Positions 13,267 through 26,710 of a stretch of 64,000 nucleotides of DNA are shown piece after piece. The stretch lies in the NCBI RefSeq assembly GCF_036321535.1, contig NC_087437.1:46812001-46876000 (forward strand), read 5' to 3'. Within the stretch, counting starts at the first letter, position 1; each line of letters begins with the position of its first letter. The stretch is from Camelus dromedarius. Its lineage: Eukaryota. The notes below the pieces were generated by a model. That model had not been told where the DNA came from, made no database searches, and was given only the letters and a program-made list of their open reading frames with translations. A program made the translations under genes and the position numbers.

Positions 13267-15189
13267 AATTATTATGTATGCCATTTATTACAATAGTAAA
13301 TATGTATAATTGATACCTTGTAGTTCATGGGCATACAAACATACTATTTATATACGGTGGTCAGTTTATTGATAAATTCAGTCACTGTATCATAGCTCCA
13401 GGGTCTCCAGGAAATTCATGGACCACAGTTCGAGTTCCATTGATCTAAACAACTTCCCTTGACTTTTTTTAGTTGAAGAAACTGAAGGCCACAGAAGTTA
13501 TATGAATATCTTATGTTTACATAGTCAGTGACCAGTCAGAACTACAGCTCCTTACTAATGATTTCCAATTTGATGTCTTTATGCTGATCCTAGGTGCCCT
13601 TTAACTACCTGTTGGGTCCTCAATTCTTTGTGTTTCTATTGGAAGTATACTCTGACTTCAGTTCCCATTTGACTTAAAATCCTCAAAATCTTCTCTTATG
13701 ACTTTATAGGTTTTTGAAATTTCACATTTGTATGATTATAAATTATGATGTTTTCTTGTTATTCTAGGTAGTGTAAAAGCCTGAAGAAATAACATCACAC
13801 CTTTACCTGATTTGCACCTTTGTTCAGATTGACTTTATCACAAATTAGGATTTTTTTTTTTTACTGTACTATGCAAAACTAACTTAAAAAAACTAAATAG
13901 GAAACTGTTCCTATCTAGGTTTGACGTCTACTTAACACTGTCTACTGTCTTTTGCTGCATCAGCCTTGTTCTGTATGCTGTGGGAATTATCGGTGGCTAA
14001 GTAATCCAACTCTTTTCTCTTCTCTCATTGCCTTAGCCTTGTTTTTACATTCCAAGGGTGATCAATGCAAGTATCTTGCCAAAGTCCATTGCTTGATAAT
14101 GTTACTGCTACACATCATTCAATCACTGGAGTGGAAACTTTACAGGAGTTCATCTTAGGTGAACTTGAATATGCCCATTTTTCTTTTAGAGTGTGGAATG
14201 AAGAGTTCCAAACAAGTCATAAAACCGTAAAAGCAATTTCAAGAGTCCATCCTGATTGTTCCCACTGTGAAATAAAAAGAAGCATCGGGGTTTCAAAAAC
14301 ATTCCTGTACTCAAGGATATATCAGTAACTATTTATTGAACATTCCTGCAGAAAACATTCTGTAGACTGGGGAGAACTCTGCAGTGGCTCGATGAGTTAT
14401 TTACAGACGTCTCAAGGCAGGGTGTTGTTACTCATTCTGAATATGAGTTGCCTAACAGTAAATCCAACAGTACCAAAAAGTAATTTATTACAGAACTCTC
14501 CTATTAATTTATTGTTAGTATTACAACCATGGGGTCCATATAATCACACAATTGTAGTTCTGAAAAAGCCCCTAGCCCCCTCATTTTATCCACAAGAGAA
14601 TGTATACCGAGACACCAAGGAGGTCAGTTTCTGTGACTTTTATGATTGGCAGAGTCAAGTTTAGACTCCGGACCTCTTAACCCCAACCATGAGCTTATGT
14701 GTTTATGTCTAGTACACCATCATAAAGGGCGATGCTAATTAGTGACAGGCTATAATGAAAACAAACAAATATAACCAATTCGTGGATATTTGGGGCTATG
14801 CAAAGGACTTAAAAGTAGAAATAAAGTTTGAATAATGGGTGGTTCCCTAAACAGTATTTTATAACATCAGAGATGTGTGTTCTGATTAACCACACTAGCT
14901 CCTCCTGTCCATTGGTAAAGGACAAAGCTTTCAAGGAATTCTAGCAACACTAATCCTGACAACTGACAAGCTGAACCTTTATTCAGTGCTGTCTCTGGGT
15001 CAAAATTTCTTGTGTAAGGTAATAAAACACTCTACTTTGTCTATGCTGTGGACTTCTATGGGGATACATAAAATAACTTTCTTGAAATACAAAGAAAATT
15101 ATTTATTCAAATTAATTTCTCATCACAAATGATGTTAATTGGCAGCCTGAGTGATAAGTCCCACAGGAGTTTACTTATAATTCTAAAGA

Positions 15190-15430
15190 TAGCTACTGTT
15201 CTTCAGCCTCTGCTATGGGGCAGGACCTACGTTACTTGCTGTCTGTAAACTATCTAACTCCCACATCATCCCTGTGGTTTTTAGCTACTATTTATGTTCC
15301 TCACTGAAGTATGAGGAAACTGAATACCAGAGAGATTCAAAACTTGCCTAATGTTAAATGATTAGAAAGTGTTGGAGGCAAGGACTGAACTCAAGTCTGA
15401 ATTTAAAGTCCAGGCTATTTTCCCATGATG
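15190..15430 (-). mobile_element. MIR SINE
   Basis: atgaggaaactgaataccagagagatt...aacttgcc...ggactgaactcaagtctga. Confidence 0.75.
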
Positions 15431-15599
15431 CCAAGCGGCCTCAACCATCTCAAGCAGCAGTTAACCTCACTGACTATCGAGCAGGCAGTTTGTCCTTATA
15501 TTTCCCTACCTTTGAAAAGAAGTCTCCAGATACAGCTGAAATTAACTGTCTTCCAGTGAATTCCTAGCCTTTGTAACAAGAAGAGTGAAAAAGAGTAGA

Positions 15600-16975
15600 G
15601 TTCAGGAAAAAAAGTCCACATATGTGAAAATTTGATTTATAACAAGGATGACTCAAACAGTGGAAGTTACAATCTGTGTGTTTTTTAATCAATAAATAAT
15701 ATTGGGTTGATTGAATATCCATATAAAAATTATCTATAATTCACAATGAATCTAAAAATAAATATTATAACAACCATAGCTCTAAATATTAAAGATGAAA
15801 AATAAAATGTCCAGTTGATATTATAGAAAAATGACAGCTATCCTAGAAGAATGGTGGATATCACAGAAGAATGACACTGGAGTAAGTAGAGATTTATCAA
15901 ACAGAACATATCAGCAGTAATCATAAAATTAAATTTCTGTAAATTGGAATACATTAAAATTTAAATCTTCTTTTTATTAAAAGATGAAATGTAGGAAATA
16001 AATAAGCAAGCCACAGATTTGGAGTAGATATTTGCAAAGTGTTTAAATAACAAAGCCATCTGACTTAGAATATATATGATCCATAAAAATCCATAAGTAA
16101 AAGATATAGTAAAATTAGCCAAAAATAATTCTGAACAGTCCTGGGCATCTACTTTATGAATGAGGCTATCCAAATGGTCAGTAAGCCTATGAAAAATGTC
16201 CAGTATCATTAGTCATCAGGTAAATGGAAATTAAAGCTAAAGAAGATACCACTACACATCCTAGTCAAAACAGTTTTTTAGTTTAAAGTGAAAAAAGAAA
16301 GTGCTAGTGAGGATAGACGTGGTATAGCTGGAATTCCCATCCAATGCCATGGAGACTGTAAATTGGAGACTGTTGGCTGTATCTACCGAGCTGAATATAT
16401 ACATACTTCATCACCCTATAATTCCATTACTAGATATATACCCGCAAGAAATGTGTACATTTCTACACAAAATATATGAATGAAAATGTTCATAACAACA
16501 CTAACCATAACTGGCCCAAATAGGAAGCAAGCCAAATAAAATCCACAGTAGAATGGAAAAACAAATTATGGCCTGTTCAGACAATGGGAAACCGTACAGA
16601 AATGAAAGTAAATAAAATGCTCTATATGCACCTATGTGGATATATTTCACAAAAACAGCATTGAACAAAAGATGTCAGACTCAAAAAGTATATACTGTTA
16701 TATTTATAAAAGTTTCAAAAACTGGGAAATCTAACTGATGGGGTTAGAAGTCAGAATAATAATTCTCCTCGGGGAGGAAGGAGACATGAACCCATCCCAG
16801 TGGGAGGGACACACGCGGACTTCTGTGGTGCCGCTCGTGTTGCACTGGTTGATCAGGGCAACTGTTACACAGGCATGTTTACTTTGAAAACACTCATCCA
16901 GCTGTATACTTGGGGTATGTACACACACACGTGCACGTATCATACATCAATAAAAATGTTTATTAAAAATAGAAG
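15600..16975 (+). mobile_element. Ancient LINE-1 3' portion (L1ME-like)
   Basis: ORF2-end and 3'UTR motifs (caagccacagatttggag, tcattagtcatcagg, gataccactacac); ends catcaataaaaatgtttattaaaa. Confidence 0.8.
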
Positions 16976-18861
16976 AATCAGGCTCCACATGGCCCCACTG
17001 TTAAAAAAGAATCCAATTCAAGTTGCCAATTCATGTGTGGAACTAGTCCATTACGAACGAACTGGCGCTCTCAACACATGTGTTGAAAGTTCTGATGTAT
17101 TTTAAGAATTGGAAATTCAAGTTCATACTCTTCTTGGTAAGTGCTTCCGTTTGTTTCCAGGTAGGGCAGACTAGCCAGACCAACTTAGAACTTTTGGCTT
17201 TATAGTAATAAATGTTAAAATATGTACTCTGAAGGAAGAAGAATATAGAATGAAGGAAGATGGGTGGGGACTCCTGAATTAGAAATATAAAAATTTTCTC
17301 AGAAACTCACCATATTCTGCCGCAACCCCCAAGTCTAAAGCAGTGAAGGAAGGTGTTATGTTGCTGGGCTCAGTGCTGTTCCGAATGAAACTGGGGTTCT
17401 TTTGGTGATGAGGAAGGAGTGAACAGGTATTGGGTCGGCAATGAGCAGCGTCTATTATACCCATGCTTTCTTACTCCCCCAAACCAACAGGAATTGCTGA
17501 CAGCGACTCTCAATATCTGACATCAGGGTGCAAACCTATTTTTTATTAGTTTCAAAGAGCAATTTGAATATGGAATAATTTGGTTACATGTTCTACAGAA
17601 AACCTGACTCAGACCCTTTTTCAGATGTAATTTTTTGGAGAGTGGTATATTTTAAATGCTAATGATAGCATTATAGCAATTCTGTTTGCCTGTGACATTT
17701 CAAAGGGAACATTTTTTCCAAGTAAACATTAATGGATCATTTACATACACAGCAATGAAATAACTGCACTGTTCCATTTAGAGCAGTTTTTCCCAACCTA
17801 TAAGAAATTGCTATTTTAAATTAGGGTTTAAGTTTAATAAAATCTAAGGGCATTTTTGTAAAAATGTGCTGAGTTGGTAAAACATTAGTTAATAATTCAA
17901 GAGTATATTAAGATTTTTCTACCACTGCTAAAATAGTTTCAGTAATCTAAAAAGAAAAGGTATTTGTGTTTCCTATGTTTTCAGGGATTAAGCTAAGATC
18001 ACCATTTCTGTGTAATTTCCATACTCATATCATACCCTAGGGAACCTATTTAAAAGTTTTGACAATTTACAAAGATGATTAAAGGAATAATTATTAAAGC
18101 TTGGATTATGTAAGAGGAAGAGATGTCAAGGAGTTCTGTGAGAACAAATGATCCTCTCAGATCTAAAACATAGAAATATCTATGTTTTGGAAAAGATGTA
18201 ATTTCACGCTTCAGAAACGTATTTTCAAATAAAACAACTCTCCTTAGTGTAGACAAATTTTTTTTTTAAATTGCTTATACAACAATTAAAAATGGGCGTG
18301 TGAGGAACACCTTGATGTACTGGGACAAAGACCTCAATCCATCTGAGCTAGAAAACTTTCCTAAAGAGTTAATGGTCCCCACAGTGTGACTGCCCCTCCT
18401 ATGTGTGCTGCTGGGTTGAATTCCTGATTTGTACTGCCGTTCCTCTAATGCCTACAGCTCGTCCTGAAGCTCACAAACCGCCTTGCCCAACTGCCTCCTC
18501 TCCAGAGCCTGGACCCACTTGCTAAGATCCTGCGTAAAATCCGGCAGATTTTCTAACAACCTTCAAGCTGCCAACCACCTAATTCAAAGACGTAGGTGTA
18601 TTTTTTCTAAATGAACGTTAGTGCTGCACAGCAAAGGAGCTACTCCTCACTGAGCTTGTAGGAGCCTCACCCACTCTCTACGTGGTTCAGAAGAGTGAGA
18701 TTATTACAAACCTAACCAACAGAACCTTCTTATCTTCTCTCACAGCATCCTTCTCTTTCCTTGACATGACTATCAACAATTGGATTCTGTATTTACTGTG
18801 TGTCTCTCCTAGACTCATGTGCCTTTGTTACGCACTTAGCTTTCGCCATCTCTGTCTGGAC

Positions 18862-20399
18862 CAGTCTGGCCTCGGGGGCTGTGACCCGTGCCATCATTCA
18901 GGGCCCTGCGCTCTGGAGTGCCCCGCATTTGGTTTAATGCTGTACGGCCAGATTACTGAAATTTTGAATAATTCTGTCTTTGAACCTGGGTTATATAAGT
19001 GAGGTCTGATGGGGCAATGGGCATGACCTTGAGAGGAGAGACACCTCGGGCAGCAGAGCAGATGTGCAGGCTCAGGCCTGCGGGCATCACAGGCAGTGCC
19101 AGGCACCAAGCATTGGCCCGGCTGACCAGCACATATGCATTCATCTCAGTGGAGTCTGAGGAGCTGGGGGCCCAGATTGATGACATTGACAGTGGCCACA
19201 GCAGCAGAAGCAGCGCAGTAGCAACAGCCATGGATGAGAGGAAGGGCTCTCTCTGCTTGGGAGCAGCCCTGGGACTCAGGGTGGGAAGTTGGTCCCAAAG
19301 CCTGTCTCTGCAGCATCTGAACCAATGTTGACTCTCCAGACAGCCCAGTGGCAGGAACTGCCGATGCTCGGACAGTAACCTCTTGTCAGTCAGTTATTAC
19401 AAAATAAAACATGTCTGTGGTCGTTCCATGTGTCAATTACTCAGGAAGTAAATAACTCAGGGAATTATTAGAACTCTGCAAGAAGTTCAGAATCTCTGAT
19501 TTTGAAAACAGCTGCAATATTGCAAAGCAAATTTCCACAAACTTAGAAATAGAAACTCAGTGTGATTGTCACTTTGGAAAGAAAAGAACACTATTGTTAT
19601 ACGAATGAATGAACTCGGAATGAACTAATTTTAACATGGAAGATAATTTTATAATTAAATTTTCCTTATAATTGAAAATACAAAAACAGAATGCCTAAAC
19701 AGGTGCTTTGAATTCTATACAAATCATGAAGCCACTTTCGCTTTATTGTATAGAAAGTTATAAGAACTGTTCAAGGAAACTTTAAAATGTCATTTTAAAA
19801 TTTATATTTAAAATCAAGTTCAGATTTATATTAAGATCATTTTTATGAAGAGTTAAGTCTCTTTGGAAAAATTGTTCCAAAAGAATTACAAGCTCTGGTG
19901 TAGTAAGATGTATTTCAAAATAACTTATAAATATGTTTCAAAATAACTCACAATCTATAAAATGAGTTGTATCAGAAGAACTTTCTTAAAATTAAAAAAA
20001 TTATTAAAAATAATTTATAAACTTGCATTTGACAAGGGCACTGATACAGTTTTCAATTATGTCATTTGAAAACAAAATTATTAAAAGTATGTATTTTGAT
20101 GGCCTAACAAAAGAATTTGCAGAAAAGTAAGCCAGGAAAATCATATGATAAATGAAGATACCACACTTTAAGAGTCTTATTATTTATTGTATTATATAAA
20201 ATTATGAAAGTAAAATATCTTTTGCTACTTATATGCTGATGTTGCTATTCATCACTATTACCCCCTTAAGTTACATAAGTAATAAAATAAAAGCTTTTTA
20301 TATTTTAGTTTCTCTAATGGCACTTTTTTCCTGCTTTTTGAATAAAGGGCCCATATTTTCATTTTGCTCTGAGTCCTGCAAATTATGTAGCCCACCCCG
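18862..20399 (+). mobile_element. hAT-Tip100 DNA transposon, MER45R-like, near full length
   Basis: MER45-type left end (cagggccctgcgctc...ttggtttaatgct...tgaaatt) and right end (aagggcccatattttcattttgc...caaattatgtagcc) about 1.54 kb apart, with an AT-rich interior. Confidence 0.8.
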
Positions 20400-20959
20400 C
20401 TTTGCACATTTTGATTTCAGTTCTGTGCCCTCTCTCTTCTTCCACACCTCCGGTCTCAGAGCCCTCAGAGCCAGACTATTCCTCTGGATCCTGGACCTTC
20501 GTGATTCACTCCTGCCTTCTTGCCTGCCAGCCAGTTGAGTCACAGCACGTTATTCTGGTTATAAGGGCATATCTGCAATCATTTTGAACACTTACTCTTT
20601 GCTAAATCCTTTACATATAGTACCTAATTAATTGCCACAATCAGTCTGCATGGTGGGTGTCAGCTTAAATTTATAGTCAGGGAAGTAAATGCTTAAAGTG
20701 ATTAAATGTTTTCTGATGTCACACAGCTCTTTGGAATTTGAAACCTACCAGTAACATGACAGGAATGTTAGACTCCAATTTTTTTGTTTTTTGTATAAGG
20801 CATGACTCCAGTGGCTCAGAAATAGTCATCTATTTCTTGCAGGTCCTTCTTCTCTGCTTTACTGAGTTCCTCACCTAAGGCTTTCCTTGTCCTTTTATTG
20901 CCTCCCAGGCCTCCAGATGCTCTTGTGCCAGTCATGAGATTCTACCAGTTCCACCTGAA

Positions 20960-21260
20960 ATAATCTTTCCCACCCTTTCCGTTGAGTGCATGCCTCGCTA
21001 TTTTCCAAGATGCAGCTCAAACGCATGCCTCCTTTATTAAGTCTTTACCGGGTAGAACTGACCACACCCTTCCCAGCCCCAGCGTCCACCACATGTTCTT
21101 CTTTCACAGGCTGTGTAACACCAGTCCACCTAAGCACAGACCCAGTGGTCCCCAGTGGAGGGTGATTAGTCTCTTACGGATAATCATTACATCTTAATTT
21201 GCCTCCGTATTGCCAGAACTTAGCCCAGTTCAATTAATGAATAAATGATGAACAAATGAA
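20960..21260 (+). mobile_element. L2 3' end fragment
   Basis: caagatgcagctcaaac...; terminal aatgaataaatgatgaacaaatgaa. Confidence 0.6.
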
Positions 21261-21299
21261 CCAATAACAAAAGGCAGAGATATTGGCCCTTATACTGGT

Positions 21300-21630
21300 G
21301 AATTATTACCACTCCTACTTCATTAATTTGGTAGATATCATTTTTCAGTCCTGTTCTGAGTGCTTTTTATTTAACAGTCCATTTATACTTGACAGCAATG
21401 CTATGTTCATGGTATTATTATTAGTTCCTTCAACACTGGGGAAAACTGAGAGTTGGAGAGATTCAGTAATTGGTCCACTTTTACACAGCTACTGCAAGAA
21501 ATTACTTCGGGGGTTACAGTATTCATTCTTCATATAACAGAGTTTACTTTAAATAACTACATTTACTACTTCCTAAACTATAATTTGAACTCAGATACTT
21601 CTATCTCCAAAGCCTGCCTGTGCTCTTCAA
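21300..21630 (-). mobile_element. MIR SINE interrupted by an 81-bp foreign insert
   Basis: ggaaaactgagagttggagagatt...acacagcta [insert 21497-21577] ctataatttgaactcag...ctccaaagcc...tgctctt. Confidence 0.75.
21497..21577 (-). repeat. Inverted near-identical copy of 3047-3123
   Basis: Reverse complement aligns to 3047-3123 with 4 substitutions and one 4-nt indel; also visible as the shared peptide EITS.VTVFILHITEFTLN in ORFs 3048(-) and 21453(+). Confidence 0.95.
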
Positions 21631-23224
21631 AAATATGTTTATTTCCTTGTACTCTTTATTTATTAAAGCACTTGTCCCACCTAATACAGTCCTTTATTTA
21701 AGTTACTATTTAATTCAAATTTTCTATCTTAGGAAATTGGCTGACGTTCAATGGGACTAAACCACAGTATCTGGGTCTCTTTCCTGTGTCAGATTAGAAA
21801 TAACCTCTCCCATCTGACTCCTAATTACTCTTCCTGGATCCAAGTTTGCATATGTTTTTCTTTGGTCCTGTACATACTGTCATGGAATCTTAGCACATGA
21901 AGAAAGGGGAGGGAGGCCAGCATCTCCTCAACGGGCCCATTCAGACTCTCCCCAGCAGACATCATCCTGGCAAACTCAGGGACTTCTGAGTCCTCAGTCA
22001 TTTCACAGCTTCCCTGCCTCCCCTGGTTCCTTCTCTACATTTTGTACTCTCTCTGGAGCAGGTACAGTAGACAGAAGATAGCTGAAAAGGACTACTTCAT
22101 TTAAATTTTGGATACATAATGGCTGAGTTTCAGAAAATCTACAATTTATTTATGGTTGTGTAAGAGACAATAGAAAGAGAATAGAGAAGAAAATATACAA
22201 AGAAAGTCCAGCCTTTCTCTACCATGAGACTTCGAATTTGTAATTGAAATGACCTCTCTAGCTAGTTTCTCAAGAAATCTTTCTCTACAATGTGTGATTT
22301 GAATTTGTATCTGGTAATAAGTCTCTTTTTTAATACTGATTTGGTTAAGTACTGTATGTAAGGAAGCTTCTCAAAGGACGAATCATCTACAATTTTCTTA
22401 ATGTTTATGAGACACTAATAAGTGGTAAATTTGCAATTAAGGCTGTGTTTTATATGAATTTAAATACAAGACTAATATTTATATGTAGTGAGAGCAATTC
22501 CTCCTTTCGAATGGTAATTCCTTTTTTTTCACTGAACAGCTGAGCCTCTGTAATGCCCTCCATCATTTGTCAGATTTAACAACCCAGAGTAAATAGCTCT
22601 CTGAAAAGTAACTACAGGTCCATCTTGTTGATCCCAATTTGTCAAACGTTGCAATGAAGAAAGTGCTAAGCCTTTAGGAAGGGTGTGAGGAGATTTGTAA
22701 TTTATCCGAAACTCTAGACCAAGACTCAGAAATAGATTTTCTCTCTTGTATCTATATCATTTCCATTGACATGAGAGGAGGATTAGTTATATTATTTGAC
22801 ACAATTGAACTTTCCAAGCTTTCTGCCTTTCTAATATTATTTTCAATGAGAGTACATTGAAAGGAATATTTTTAAACTGTTTTTCTGTTTTGAAGCATCA
22901 AAGGCACAGAATCAAATATGTTACACTAAACCATAAACTTAGTCTATAGCAAAGGCAAGATTAGGATCCATACATGACTGGCAATCCACTTCACTTTCTA
23001 CCAAATAATGGAAACAAGACTGAGGATAGAGTGATCAAAGACAATGTCTACACGATGCTAGATAATAGCTAGACAACAATTCTAGTATTTAGTCAAGATT
23101 TGGATGTTTTTATATGTTTGCAAATAAGAAACAACTCTTGATAAGCTGATATGACACATTTAGTTTCTAATTTTAGTTGTAATAATTTGTTGACATAAAT
23201 TAAGGTCTTTCTTGGGTTATTAGA

Positions 23225-23282
23225 GTTATTGCTTCCTCTTAATAAGAAAATGTGTTATTGCTTCCTCTTAATAAGAAAATGT
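23225..23282 (+). repeat. Perfect 29-bp tandem duplication
   Basis: gttattgcttcctcttaataagaaaatgt x2. Confidence 0.97.
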
Positions 23283-24204
23283 GCTTTGCTAAGTGCATGT
23301 GAATTGTATCTGTCATTCAGAGTCTCCTAATAGGTAATCAGTTACCATCTCTCTGAAACCCTCATGTATTTCCCCAGCAAAGCCAAGGAAATGTGACTTA
23401 AGGAAATCACAAAAATAAGTAGATTATTTTTCACAACAAAACAATAAACAGAATAGTATTGGTAAGTTTTATAGACTTTAAGCCAACCTCACCTTTATTA
23501 TATAGACTTATTACTGTATACACACAGAGGGGATTGAGATTAAAAGTAGGGTAATATTGAGCAGAGAAACTAATATTTATCCTAAGCTGGGCATAATAAT
23601 GTTTGCAAAATATAGAAAATTGTAGCTGAATAAATAGGAAGTAAAGTTGCTATTTAGGGATCTGCTTCACATATATATATGATGGGGGTACAGTTCATCT
23701 GTATATATGGATTTCTTATATACCATGGTACAGTTAGATTCTGTATGACCACCCAAACCCTTCGCAGCAAAGTCTGTAAAACCCCAGGGGTTTAGAGGCC
23801 ATTTTCTTTTACTCAATCCTTTACTGAAAATTGAAAAATCATATCATGGCCTGAGTACATAAGGAAATGGAGACTATAAAGATGGAAGTGGCAAAATTCA
23901 TACAAAAAAGGGATTTATAATCTAGCAGAAGAATGTAGGGCCATGGTATACAGCAAAACCTGGAGGACAGCAAAGACAGTGCTGTAGCTATTTGGGTGAG
24001 CGAGAGGGCATTTGCTGGATGATAGTGGTGGACTGAAAACAGGACATGAGGACAACGAAGTTTTGAAACAGTTGATGTGATGAATGTGAAAAGATGTAAT
24101 TGAATTAAATACTTGTTTTAAAATTATGAGAACACATTTAAAATCAGCTTGAATTCATAATCAGTAAACTTACGACTATCTCAAAAAATATTCAGAAGCC
24201 TAAG

Positions 24205-24430
24205 GCTATAGTTAATAGTACTGTATACTTGAAATCTGATAAAGAGTAGACCTTAGGTGTTCTCACCACACCCAAAACTGGCAACATGGAAACTATGTGA
24301 GGGGATGGATATGTTAATTAACTTGATTGGGATAATCATTTCACAATATAAATGAATATTAAAGCATCACATTGTACACCTTAAAGGTACACAATTTTGT
24401 GAATTATACCTCAATCAAGCCAGGATAAAA
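24205..24430 (+). mobile_element. LINE-1 extreme 3' end (L1MA8-10-like)
   Basis: ctatagttaatagtactgta...gagtagacctt..gtgttctcaccaca...aactatgtgagg...attatacctcaatcaagc. Confidence 0.85.
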
Positions 24431-24685
24431 TTAAGAAACTCAAGAAGGGGAATGGAAAAGAGCAAAAGCTGTTGGTGATTCGGAGGTGGGGATTGATAGA
24501 GCAGTAATGGAAGTTAAGTCAAGGAACAAAATTCTTGGGTGACATCAGGCTAATATGGAGCCGAGTAGACATGAGGTGCAGCCTGGGTTGGAAAACAAGT
24601 AAGTCCAGAAGACTTGTGACGCTTCCAGAAAAAGTAGAATAAGCAAAGGATTGTAAATAACTGTTTGAAAATGAAGAACAGGGTC

Positions 24686-25114
24686 TGTGACAGTGACAGT
24701 CAGGAAGCAGAAAATAAAAATGTTATCGTTACAAGGGAAGGCTTCTCACGTTTCCTGAGAACAGAGGTAGCTCGTGTCACAGAAGGAAAATTCCTAATAG
24801 GAACACTTTTCATTCTTCTCGCAAAGGAGGGGCAGCAACTTACGAGGTGGTCAGATCAGAAAAAAGAGCCTGCTTGGTTCAGCTCCTTCTATGGGGGTCT
24901 ATCTCAGCATGCCATCAAGAAGCAGGGCTTGGCTTTCTGTGTGGAAGCCCTTCATGTCTGTGTGGGAAGGTTTTAATTCATGAGGAAAAGCAGTAGGAAT
25001 CCCATTATGCCTAAGCCGAAGCTGCATTCTCCATTCAGCATCAACAATAATAAAGTTTCACCTGTCTGATACCTCTATAAAGTTCTCACCTGATTCTGAA
25101 TTTGGATGGAAACA
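24686..25114 (+). mobile_element. Putative solo LTR within a degenerate L2 (~23870-25380)
   Basis: TGT...ACA boundaries about 430 bp apart, AATAAA near 25049, composition distinct from the purine-rich L2-like flanks; family not identified. Confidence 0.5.
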
Positions 25115-25394
25115 GGATGTAATTATTACCTCCCCAGCTCCCAAGAGCTACGATGTAAAGCAAGGTGGAGAAACTGTTGTGAGCAGTGATGATATTCATG
25201 CTATGGCCAGTGAGTGGATGACCTGTGATAGAGAGGAAGGTCATTGAATATGAGGAGGTCAAGACTCTCTGAACTAATTAATACTCAGAAAAATTATTAA
25301 CATGATGCCAAAGTCCCAGAAGAAGATTTCAGGATCTGGGAGATAAAGAAATATGGAAATCTATTTAGATGATGGACAGGAAAGGATCAATATA

Positions 25395-26150
25395 ATGTTG
25401 GTGAGGGTGTGAAACAATGATAGATACCATACATGTGTGGTGAGAGTGTAAATCTATACAAAAGGTTTGGTATTGCCTAGTAAAACTAAAGGTGTGCATA
25501 TCCTATGACCCTGTAGTTCTATTTGTAGGTATCTATCTTCAAGAACGCCTGCACATTGAAGCAAAATACCAGTATATTCATAGAAGTTTTGGTAGCAACA
25601 GTCAAAAAAACTGTCAAAAGCTGCTATCGTAACTCATCTACAAAACAGAAACAGATGCACAGACATGGTAAACAAACTTATGGTTACCGGGGGGAAAGAG
25701 GGTGGGAAGGGATAAATTGGCAGTTTGAGATTTGCAAATATTAACTACTATATATGAAAGTGGATAAAAAACAAATTTCTTCTGTATAGCACAGACAACT
25801 GTATTCAATTATTTTGCAGTAACCTTTAAGGGAAAAGAATATGAAAATGAATATATGTATGTGTACATACGACTGAAACATTATGCTGTACACCAGAAAC
25901 AGACACATTGTTACTGACTATAATTCAATTAAAAAAAAAAAAAAGAAAAAGAATTTGGGGGAGGGAGCATTCAAGAAAAAAAAAAGCTGCTATCATAGAT
26001 TGCACTACTAAACTGCAATACTGTGGAATGTTGTACAGCAATAAAAGTGACCAAACCTCAACTGAACTTAACAGCATGGTTCTGAACTAAAGAAGCAAGA
26101 CAATATTCAGAGTTTAATTTCATTTAAAAAGTTTAAAATGGGCAATATAA
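25395..26150 (+). mobile_element. Ancient L1ME-like fragment that hosts a younger L1 insertion
   Basis: tgttggtgagggtgtgaaacaa...gagtgtaaat...catatcctatgaccc; continues after 25997. Confidence 0.65.
25632..25985 (+). mobile_element. 5'-truncated lineage-specific (cetartiodactyl/camelid) L1 3' end with 16-bp TSD and a short 3' extension
   Basis: caaaacagaaacaga...aacaaacttatggttacc...ctgtatagcacag...gctgtacaccagaaa; A14 at 25931-25944; TSD aaaagctgctatc(g/a)ta at 25616-25631 and 25982-25997. Confidence 0.92.
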
Positions 26151-26514
26151 ATCTATATTTTTTATAAATCACCCTTGATTTTTGCTTTTTTTCCATTCCC
26201 ACACCTAGGCTTCTAAATATTTTTTTGAGAAGTTCACAAATTTGTAGATTATAAATTCAGGCTGTCATTTTAAATGTGCTCTCACCATTATTTAATCTAT
26301 TATCATGAAAAGTAGAGTATATGTAAAAAAATTATCTGAGGTAAAGACAATCACTTTGCAATGACAGAAAAACCATGAAACAAAGCAAAGAAGATGAGAG
26401 CTATACTACCAAAATAATTTAGTCATTTATCTCTAAAACTGTTAAGTGACTTTCCCAAGATTACACAGCTGAAATCGACAGAGCTAAAATTTAATCCAGG
26501 CAGCTCTGCTCTTG

Positions 26515-26710
26515 ATGGATGGTTCCCAGACTGTAGTGTGTACAGTGGAATCGCCTAGAGGTCTGGTTCCTACTCAGAATGCTGGGCTCATCTCCAGGTT
26601 TTCTGACTCAATGAGTCTGACATGGGGCCTGAGATTCTGAACTAACAAGTTCCCAGATAATGCTGATTCTGATCGTCTGGGGACCACATTTTGAGGAGAA
26701 CAATGGTTTA
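26515..26710. mobile_element. MER5A-like hAT-Charlie element
   Basis: taacaagttcccagataatgctgatt...ggggaccacattttgag. Confidence 0.8.
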
